DNA of 64,000 bases from Candidatus Bathyarchaeota archaeon BA2 (GTDB lineage: Archaea; Thermoproteota; Bathyarchaeia; Bathyarchaeales; Bathyarchaeaceae). The stretch lies in the NCBI GenBank assembly GCA_001399795.1, contig LIHK01000056.1, forward strand, positions 89,873 through 153,872, given 5' to 3'. The notes under the pieces are model-generated. The model did not search any database. It worked only from the letters and a program-made list of their open reading frames with translations, and was not told where the DNA came from. This document shows positions 56,943 to 64,000 of this stretch, piece after piece (within the stretch, counting starts at the first letter, position 1; every line of letters starts with the position of its first letter). A program made the position numbers and the translations under genes.

Positions 56943-57761
56943 TTGAAGGTGATGCACGTGGCAAGTGAAAAGAGAGAGGAAAAAAGTGAATTCGAGCCTC
57001 AAATCTACCCTGGACAGGATGAGGTGTCAGAAAGAAGGAGAAAGCTTTGGGATAAGCGTCGACGCCTAACAAAGTATCGAGACGTACCAGACGATGACAT
57101 AACCCGCCTTCTGGGTCATAGGCCGGTTGGAGCACTATATGTAAGTGTCCATCCACCTCTTGATGAACTTATAGAACCATACGACCCGATAAAAAGTCTA
57201 GTTGCTCCGACACCAGGGGCGAGAGCAGGGGATAGGATAAGATTTGCTCAGTTTTCAGATAGTTTTTGGCATCCTCCAATAACTCCCTATGCTAGGCAAA
57301 GACTCTATTTTAATAGACTCAGAGGTGTCGATGTTGTCACCTATAGCGGCAGAACAATGTTAGAGATGAGGGAGCGGGATTTAGAAACAGCTGTAAAGCC
57401 TCTAATCGAAACCGAAGTATTCAACCCAGCTAGAACAAGTTTGAAAGGAATAACTATTCACGGACACTCTTTAAGGCTTGATGAAGATGGCCTAATGTTC
57501 GACGCTAGGCGAAGATTCGTTTACGATAAAGAGACAGGCGAGGTAGTTTACATTAAGGATCAATTCGGCAAAGTTTTAGACAGGCCAGTGCCAGTCGGGC
57601 GCCCCCCCTCAGAAGAGGAATGTAGAAAACTGAGTATAACCTACAGTTGGGATACCCGACAATTTAAATCCAGAACCGAAGTAATAGAGCTAATCTCAAG
57701 AGTTGCAAATATGAGGGTATTGGCAGGATTCAATCCCGAATCAATCAACGAGGAGATTTAA
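56943..57761 (+). CDS. mcrG: Methyl/alkyl-coenzyme M reductase gamma subunit
   Basis: PQIYPGQDEVSERRRK, FAQFSDSFWHPP, MLEMRERDLE, GHSLRLDEDGLMFD align with McrG. The true start may be ATG 56952 or GTG 56958. Confidence 0.9.
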   Translation: MKVMHVASEKREEKSEFEPQIYPGQDEVSERRRKLWDKRRRLTKYRDVPDDDITRLLGHRPVGALYVSVHPPLDELIEPYDPIKSLVAPTPGARAGDRIRFAQFSDSFWHPPITPYARQRLYFNRLRGVDVVTYSGRTMLEMRERDLETAVKPLIETEVFNPARTSLKGITIHGHSLRLDEDGLMFDARRRFVYDKETGEVVYIKDQFGKVLDRPVPVGRPPSEEECRKLSITYSWDTRQFKSRTEVIELISRVANMRVLAGFNPESINEEI

Positions 57762-58096
57762 ACCTGAGGTTATGGCGCTCCCAAACTAACCAATATTATT
57801 AAAGCTCCCTTTGGATCGTATACATTTTTTCTTTATCTCGGAACACGTTAGTTTGCGATCCTGTAACCTGTACATTAAGTCCGAAGTTAAATGTAAGCTA
57901 ACCAATTTTTATCTCCTGATTCCAAGTCCTTGCTTAGAGATAGATGAATTAACGACTTCTTTAAGTAAATATCTAGTTTCCAAAGCATGCCGCATTTACA
58001 ACAACTATCTGTGGTGAAGATGAAAACCCGCCTGCTAGTTCTTCTAGACTTAGGTTAACAAACTTTTTTGCATGCCAATTTTTAATTAGTACAGCT

Positions 58097-58225
58097 ATGA
58101 CAAATAAAAGAATAACACCCGAAAAATGTACTAATTGCTTAACCTGTCAACTTATATGCTCTTATCTACATACACGCAGTTTTAACCCCTCAAAATTAAG
58201 GATTAAGATTAAAATAACGCTCTAA
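58097..58225 (+). pseudogene. Truncated copy (42 codons) of the AOR-coupled ferredoxin-like gene
   Basis: MTNKRITPEKCTNCLTCQLICSYLHTRSFNPSK is identical to the first 33 aa of ORF 22032. There are 6 nucleotide differences in about 100 nt, all synonymous, followed by divergence and a stop. Confidence 0.6.
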
Positions 58226-58365
58226 AATATGAATATTGCCGTTTCATGGCTTAAACTAACCCCTTTTCAGCCAAATAAAGCTTAAGAAAATTTTACGCCA
58301 AACCCCTGAAGGTGGAAACTTTAAATAAGAAAATGGGCAGCTCAGAACTTTGGAGAGTAGAGTGA

Positions 58366-59187
58366 ATGGAGCTGAAACTTCTTCGAGTAGACCTTTCGAC
58401 AGAAATCATCAAAGAAGAGAAAGTAGACGAAGCAACAACCAAGAAGTTTGTGGGAGGCCGTGGAGTCGGAGTAAAGATCCTTTTCGATGAACTTAAACCA
58501 GGAACAGACCCATTAGGTCCAGAAAACAAGCTGATCTTCATGACGGGTCCGGCTACAGGAACAGCATTTCCAGCGAGTGGAAGATTCCACGTAATTACCA
58601 AATCCCCCCTCACAGGCAGGATCGGGGATACAAACTGCGGTGGCAACTGGGGTCCAGAACTGAGATTCGCTGGCTTTGAGGGTATCATTTTTGAAGGAAA
58701 GGCGAAGGAACCTGTTTACCTTTGGGTTCACGAAGGCGAAGCCGAACTGCGAAGCGCTAGAAAATATTGGGGTAAGGGGGTCTGGGACACTGAAGATGGG
58801 ATTTGTGAAGAACTCGGGGAACCCAAGGCAAAGATAGCGAGCATAGGGCCAGCAGGCGAGAACCTAGTTTTATCCGCAGCCATTATGAACGACAAACACA
58901 GAGCGGCTGGCAGAACGGCTGCAGGAGCTGTAATGGGTTCCAAAAACTTGAAAGCTATAGCAGTCCATGGAACAGCCAAACCCCCCGTGGCTGACCCAGA
59001 AGGATTACGAGAGACTGTAAAGAGAATTCTAGAAAAACTTAAAGAGAACATGGTCACTGGCGAATCGCTTCCAACCTATGGGACCTCTGCCCTAATTAAT
59101 GTTATCAATGCATTTGGCATCTTTCCGACTCGTAACTTCCAAACTGGAGTATTCCCTACGGCTGAGAAGATAAGTGGTGAAACAATA
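58366..59187 (+). pseudogene. AOR-family gene, N-terminal fragment (codons 1-274), interrupted by an insertion
   Basis: LLRVDLS..., GGRGVGVKILFDE, GPATGT, AGAVMGSKNLKAIAVHGT, ...FPTAEKISGETI, then out-of-family sequence and a stop. Confidence 0.8.
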
Positions 59188-61496
59188 AATTTCATGTTTT
59201 CCATAAATCTATTTTGAAATCTCCAATTAGCAAAAGCGGTGAACATGGATTGGTAAGTATGTACCACTCAAAACACGTACTCCGCTCCTAAAAACAAAAG
59301 GATAAAATAACGGTTATACCGACTATTTGGTTCTCTAGGGGTCTAGAATTGTTTGGTTACATGGGAAAGATTTTAAGAGTTGACTTGTCAAAATCAAAAA
59401 TAACCAAAGAATTTCCTGATGAGAACACTCTTAAGATGTTTTTGGGCGGAAGCGGACTAGCAACCAAATATCTCTTTGATGAAGTTAAAAAGGGAACAGA
59501 CCCCTTGGGCCCAGAAAACAAGCTAATATTCACGACTGGACCTTTAACTGGAACGCCGTCACCTACTACTGGAAGATATACGGTAGTCGCCAAATCTCCC
59601 CTTACTGGTTTTTGGGGGCAGGCAAACTCAGGTGGTTTTTGGGGAGCAACTTTCAAAAGGTCGGGTTTTGACGGAGTAATATTTGAAGGTATCTCACCGA
59701 AACCAGTCTACCTTGTTACCGATGACGGGAAGGCCGAGCTTAAAGATGCAAAAGACCTCTGGGGTAAGAACACTTCAGAAACTACAAGATTGATCAAAGA
59801 GGAGCTTGGAGAGAATTTCCGTGTCACTTGTATAGGCGTTGCTGGAGAGAATCTAGTCAAATACGCTGCTATCATAAATGACGCTGATAGACCAAACTGG
59901 GGCAGAGCGGCTGGAAGATGCGGAATGGGAACCGTAATGGGTTCGAAACGCTTGAAAGCTATCGCTTCAAGAGGGACAATAAAGATCGAAGTGGCAAAGG
60001 AAGATGCTTACAGGGAAGAGGCCAAAAAAAGATACAACTGGGTTAAGGAGGAAGTAGAGAAAACAGCCACTCTTTCATACTTCTTTAGGAGGTATGGAAC
60101 GGCCGTTGCCCTTGATTTCGTGAACATTCGGGGTGGACTTGCAACCAGAAATTGGCAAACCGGCGTCTTTCAAGGTGCAGACAATATAAACGGACCTGCA
60201 ATTGTAGAAAAGATTCTTACAGACAAAAAAGCTTGCTTTGCGTGTCCACTCTCTTGTGGAAGAATATCTGAAATTAAAACAGGACCATATGCAAGCAAAG
60301 GAGAAGGCCCGGAATGGCAAGCTCTTGCAGCTTTTGGTAGTAAGTGTGGAATCGACAATCTAGAAGCAATTACCTACGGGCAATTTCTATGCAATGAATA
60401 TGGTCTCGATTTTATTTCTGCTGGAAATACAATAGCTTTTGCTATGGAATGCTATGAGAAAGGAGTATTGACCAAAAAAGACACCGACGGATTGGAGCTT
60501 AAATTTGCCGATTCTGATGTCATGATAGAACTTGTGCACAAAATAGCTAAAAGGGAAGGCGTTGGAAATCTACTAGCCGAAGGAACAAAGATCGTCTCAG
60601 AAAAACTGGATAAAGGAACCGAAAAATTTGCTATGCATGTTAAAGGTCTAGAGCTGCCAGGTTATGATCCCAGAGCTGCCAAGATAGCTGGGCTAGCCTA
60701 TGCTACTGCAAATCGAGGAGGTTGCCACACGACGGCTTACATAGCAGTCTTGGTTTTTATTGGAATACCCTCCTTTCTTGAAGAAATCGATGTTGGAGAT
60801 ATACTTCAGGAAATTCCTGAAACTGCTAAGGTTGTCAAAGATCTGGAGGATGTGCTTGCCGTTTTTGATGCGATGGGGGGATGCAAATTTATGGGAATGG
60901 TTTCAACCACAGAGGACTGGGCAACTTTGATATCGAATCTTACCGGCTGGGAATTTACTACAAAGGACTTTAGAAGAACTGGTGAGAGAATTTACAATCT
61001 TGAAAGAGCCTTTAACATAAGAGAGGGATTAACTAGAGCCGATGATACTCTTCCAAAGCGTTTACTAGAGGAACCAATGCCCGAAGGCCCAGCTGAAGGA
61101 CAGGTAGTAAATCTAAATCCACTCTTGGATGCTTATTACGAGTTTCGTGGATGGGACAAGAAAACTGGCAAACCAACTCCTGAGAAGCTTAAAGAACTTG
61201 GACTAGATGAGGTAATTAAAGAGATTTACTAGCGATAAAACCTAAACCCAAACACCTGATTATTCCTTGCCCGAAATAAAAGAAAACTTAAGAATAGCTA
61301 AGATGAAGGAAAAGGGAGAAATAAGTGGTTAAACTAGTTTTCTAAACTGCTAGAAGTCCACTTTCTCCCCCTTGAACGCACAAACAACCAACACCCTAGC
61401 TTATACACAAAAGGTTATTGTTTGAAGTTGGCATTTAAGCCTTAAGTATAAAGTTCGGAGGTTTTAACCATGGAAAATATGCACACCTAGACAATA
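59188..61496. other. 2309-bp inserted segment carrying an intact AOR paralog, flanked by 6-bp direct repeat ACAATA
   Basis: ACAATA lies at 59182-59187 and 61491-61496. Excising the segment fuses ...ISGETI to AKTVLVKNKPCWGCTIACGR in frame. Imperfect subterminal inverted repeat CAT(G/A)TTTTCCAT. No transposase gene. Confidence 0.6.
59349..61232 (+). CDS. Aldehyde:ferredoxin oxidoreductase (tungstopterin AOR family), intact
   Basis: 627 aa; KILRVDLS, GGSGLATKYLFDE, GPLTGT, CFACPLSCGR, GLELPGYDPRAAKIAGLAYATANRGGCH, DAYYEFRGWDKKTGKPT. Confidence 0.9.
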   Translation: MFGYMGKILRVDLSKSKITKEFPDENTLKMFLGGSGLATKYLFDEVKKGTDPLGPENKLIFTTGPLTGTPSPTTGRYTVVAKSPLTGFWGQANSGGFWGATFKRSGFDGVIFEGISPKPVYLVTDDGKAELKDAKDLWGKNTSETTRLIKEELGENFRVTCIGVAGENLVKYAAIINDADRPNWGRAAGRCGMGTVMGSKRLKAIASRGTIKIEVAKEDAYREEAKKRYNWVKEEVEKTATLSYFFRRYGTAVALDFVNIRGGLATRNWQTGVFQGADNINGPAIVEKILTDKKACFACPLSCGRISEIKTGPYASKGEGPEWQALAAFGSKCGIDNLEAITYGQFLCNEYGLDFISAGNTIAFAMECYEKGVLTKKDTDGLELKFADSDVMIELVHKIAKREGVGNLLAEGTKIVSEKLDKGTEKFAMHVKGLELPGYDPRAAKIAGLAYATANRGGCHTTAYIAVLVFIGIPSFLEEIDVGDILQEIPETAKVVKDLEDVLAVFDAMGGCKFMGMVSTTEDWATLISNLTGWEFTTKDFRRTGERIYNLERAFNIREGLTRADDTLPKRLLEEPMPEGPAEGQVVNLNPLLDAYYEFRGWDKKTGKPTPEKLKELGLDEVIKEIY

Positions 61497-62463
61497 GCGA
61501 AAACCGTTTTAGTTAAGAATAAGCCCTGCTGGGGTTGCACCATAGCCTGTGGACGAGTTAGCCGCGTGGTCAAGCCGCCTTATCAAGTTGAGGGCGAAGG
61601 TCCTGAGTACGAAACCGACTGGTCCCTGGGAGCTCAATGCGGTATCGACGATCTGGACGCCATAACTAAAGCTCACAATATTTGCGATGAAATGGGCATT
61701 GATCCAATATCCTTTGGAAACACCGTAGGTTGTGCAATGGAACTTTATGAGAAGGGAAAAATACCCAAGGAAAAACTCTACGGACTTGAATTAAAGTTTG
61801 GTAATTCTCAAGCAATAGTGGAACTGGCTTGGAGAACTGCCTACCGCATTGGTTTTGGCAACGACATAGCGTTAGGGGCTAAACGTTTAGCAGAGAAGTA
61901 TGGAGCTCCTGAGATCGCCATGCACGTTAAAGGCTTGGAACTCCCTGCCTACGACCCACGAGGCGCCAAGGGGTACGGTTTGGCGTATGCCACATCTAAC
62001 CGTGGAGGATGTCACCTAAGAGCCTACATGATCGCCCCAGAAATTCTAGGTATTCCAGAGAAGCTCGACCCGCTCAAGACAGAAGGGAAGGCATCATGGG
62101 TTAAAACGCTCCAAGACGTCTGCTCAATATGCGACTCGCTTGTTCGTATGCAAATTCTTGGCCTTTGCGCTAGGGGCTGAAGACCTCATCAATCCCATTA
62201 CGGGATGGAATTGGTCCACAGACGACCTCTTAAAGACCGGTGACCGCATCTACACGCTTGAGCGCATGTTCATCAACCGAGAGGGCTTCGACCGAAAAGA
62301 CGACACACTCCCACTGAGGTTACTGAAGGAACCCATGCCTGAAGGTCCCGTCAAAGGGCATGTTGTTGAGCTAGAAAAGATGCTTGATGAATACTACGAG
62401 GCCAGAGGCTGGAAAAACGGCAAGCCCACAAAAGAGAAACTAGAGGAGCTAGAGTTAACTTAA
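61491..62463 (+). pseudogene. AOR-family gene, C-terminal fragment (continuation of 58366-59187) with an additional 1-nt frameshift near 62144
   Basis: The frame opens exactly at 61491 after a TAG: TIAKTVLVKNKPCWGCTIACGRVSRVVKPPYQVEGEGPEYE...GLELPAYDPRGAKGYGLAYATSNRGGCH. DSLV then shifts frame into CKFLAFALGAEDL...EYYEARGWKNGKPT. Confidence 0.8.
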
Positions 62464-62498
62464 TCTTCTTTTCTTTCCTCCTTTTTTGGTGACTCGAA

Positions 62499-62759
62499 AT
62501 GCCTAAAGTTACTGTTCGGGCGTTTGCCACCTTGAACGGACTTCTCGGATCAAAAACCATGGATGTTTTCACCCTTGGCTCAACAATTAGGGAGCTGATA
62601 GACCTTATTGCGACAGAGTATAACCCACAATTCAAGGATCGGTTAATTGACCCAAAAAAAGGCGAGGTTCATAAATTCTACAGAATACTCATTAACGGTC
62701 GGGATATTGATTTTCTGGATATATTGGAAACAAAAATGAAAGAGGGCAACATTTATTAG
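62499..62759 (+). CDS. MoaD/ThiS-like beta-grasp protein, apparently C-terminally truncated (no terminal Gly-Gly)
   Basis: MPKVTVRAFATLNGLLGSKTMDV...ILINGRDIDFLDILETKMKEGNIY*. The stop codon lies inside repeat copy 3. Confidence 0.55.
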   Translation: MPKVTVRAFATLNGLLGSKTMDVFTLGSTIRELIDLIATEYNPQFKDRLIDPKKGEVHKFYRILINGRDIDFLDILETKMKEGNIY

Positions 62760-62840
62760 CCATGAATTGGCTAAAGGGAGAGGAATTGAAGGTTTTTCAT
62801 GCTCCTTTTAAGGGCGCGAAGCGTCATGTACGTTTAGTCG
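62745..62840 (+). repeat. Dispersed structured repeat, copy 3 (short form)
   Basis: ..TTAGCCATGAATTGGCTAAAGGGAGAGGAATTGAAGGTTTTTCATGCTCCTTTTAAGGGCGCGAAGCGTCATGTACGTTTAGTCG; overlaps the 3' end of the MoaD-like ORF. Confidence 0.7.
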
Positions 62841-62939
62841 AAAGTGAAAATCTTTCTGAATTATAGCCTAATTAATTGGATGAGGAAGAAACTTTAAATT
62901 AATCGAATGTGTTTGGTGCTAGCAATTCCTAGAAGCAAA

Positions 62940-63914
62940 TTATCCATGGGAAAAATTGCCCGTAGAGTTCGGGAGAGGCAGCCTCAACTCTTCATATAAT
63001 ACTTTTGAAAAGTCTTTTCCACCAAGAATACCCATAGCATCTGCACGACAGCGTTGGCAGTGCCTAAATACTGGCATAATGCGTTCCACTTGTTCTCGGG
63101 TTTGCTTTAGTCGTTCGCATGTTGGTGGAGGTATATGGCTTAGCTTGTGTTGAGGTATTAATGGAATGATGTTGATTATCGAAGCTCCCGCCTCTTGGAC
63201 AGCTTTAGCTGTAGCCTCTATGTGATTTTGATTTATGCTAGGTATGAGGACGGTGTTCACTTTTACTGCCAAACCATTCTTAACCGCTTCTTCGATTCCA
63301 GATAATTGCGCCTGTATAAGGTGATTCGAAGCTTCTACCCCATGCAATAACTTGCCGTTAACTCGAACATGCGAATATATTTTGGCAGCTATCCTCGGAT
63401 TCACAGCATGGACGCTCACAGTTACACTTTTCACATTCAAATCAGCAAATTTCTTTGCTTCTTCTTCCAATTTTAATCCATTTGTACTGAAACATTTAAT
63501 GAGATGAGGATAATGTTGATCTACCAAGGTGAAGGTTTCAAGCGCGTGGTTAGTAGCGAGGGGGTCTCCGGGCCCAGCAACCCCAACCACAGCAATTTCA
63601 GGACATATTTCAATTGCTTTTCGAAGAATAAATAGGGCTTCCCTTGGACTTAGAATGGAACAAGCGACCCCAGGCCGAAACTCAGTCTTATTAAAAGACA
63701 GAACGCAAAAATTGCATTGGATATTGCATTCTGGGGAGATGGGCAAATGGACACGCCCAATTTTATGGAGCTGAATAGTTTTGTTAAAGCATGGATGAAC
63801 CCGAGTAATATGAGAGAAATTTATTTCGGCAATATCACGAATTTTGTTTCTCCAAACAAACTTATTTCCCCTATATTCTTCCTCAGTTCTGGGATGATTA
63901 TCCTCCACCCGCAA
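62940..63914 (-). CDS. nifB: NifB-like radical SAM protein
   Basis: HPCFNKTIQLHKIGRVHLPISPECNIQCNFCVLSFNKTEFRPGVACSILSP...VVGVAGPGDPLAT parallels the NifB core (HPC..., APACNIQCNYC, RPGV, GIAGPGDPLA). Confidence 0.75.
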   Translation of the reverse strand: MRVEDNHPRTEEEYRGNKFVWRNKIRDIAEINFSHITRVHPCFNKTIQLHKIGRVHLPISPECNIQCNFCVLSFNKTEFRPGVACSILSPREALFILRKAIEICPEIAVVGVAGPGDPLATNHALETFTLVDQHYPHLIKCFSTNGLKLEEEAKKFADLNVKSVTVSVHAVNPRIAAKIYSHVRVNGKLLHGVEASNHLIQAQLSGIEEAVKNGLAVKVNTVLIPSINQNHIEATAKAVQEAGASIINIIPLIPQHKLSHIPPPTCERLKQTREQVERIMPVFRHCQRCRADAMGILGGKDFSKVLYEELRLPLPNSTGNFSHG

Positions 63915-64000
63915 CCTGAACCATTCCTAAACAAATTGATTAGGTTTCTCTCTGGGATATATTCATGTACATGATTGAGAACAGATAAGAACAGATATAA

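Noticed and set aside
45677-57761. Reading the mcr genes as a canonical methanogen MCR
   Set aside because: The most conserved McrA motifs (GGVGFTQYATAAYTD, NYPNYAMNVGH, GFYGYDLQDQCG) are substantially altered, the operon is dismantled, and the neighbourhood (SCP2, AOR, GlcD/HdrD) is atypical. An ACR-like enzyme is the better reading, pending phylogeny.
59188-61496. Interpreting the AOR insertion as a classical IS or transposon
   Set aside because: There is no transposase or integrase ORF in the segment. The inverted repeats are imperfect and sit at unequal distances from the ends (5 versus 9 nt). It is therefore reported only as an insertion with a 6-bp direct repeat of unknown mechanism.
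1-64000. CRISPR arrays, rRNA and tRNA genes
   Set aside because: No regularly spaced direct repeats of 24-40 nt were seen in any intergenic region. No rRNA-like conserved stretches or T-loop/acceptor patterns (for example GGTTCGAATCC-type) were found by eye in gaps over 100 bp. A tRNAscan/Infernal run would be needed for certainty.

Overview
Everything here was read by eye from the sequence and ORF track; no searches were run, and all family names, identities and GC statements are estimates.

This is a densely coding archaeal chromosomal window of moderate to low GC. It resembles an uncultured TACK- or Asgard-like archaeon, but the lineage cannot be assigned from this window. No rRNA, tRNA or CRISPR array was found.

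The right half (about 30-64 kb) is one large supercluster around a highly divergent methyl/alkyl-coenzyme M reductase (MCR/ACR):
- A stand-alone mcrA-like gene (45677-47500) sits about 8 kb from mcrB-mcrG (55550-57761).
- mcrC and mcrD are appended to a methanogenesis-marker cluster in the order mmp3-6-5-15-17-7-mcrD-mcrC-mmp8 (32694-40103, minus strand).
- There are two component-A2-type double-ABC ATPases, a B12-binding radical SAM enzyme, a QueG/dehalogenase-like Fe-S protein and a zinc-ribbon protein.
- Three SCP2-type lipid-carrier-like proteins and a 490-aa orphan protein surround mcrA.
- Two paralogous GlcD-like FAD oxidase plus HdrD/GlcF-like modules flank the mmp cluster.
- A tungsten aldehyde:ferredoxin oxidoreductase (AOR) locus lies directly after mcrG, followed by a MoaD-like gene and a NifB-like radical SAM gene.

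The AOR locus is structurally unusual. One AOR gene is split by a 2.3-kb insertion that carries an intact AOR paralog and is flanked by a 6-bp direct repeat.

The left half carries:
- hdrCB, a radical SAM gene and an AIR-synthase-like gene.
- A BtuFCD/FecBCD-type ABC importer, another ferredoxin plus AOR pair, an MFS transporter, a Cys/Met PLP enzyme and an MBL hydrolase.
- A full-length Rpb5-like RNA polymerase subunit H.
- A degraded, GC-rich IS1595-like element and a small islet of frameshifted defence-like genes.

A structured dispersed repeat of 95-125 nt occurs three times, always 3' of a gene on the same strand.
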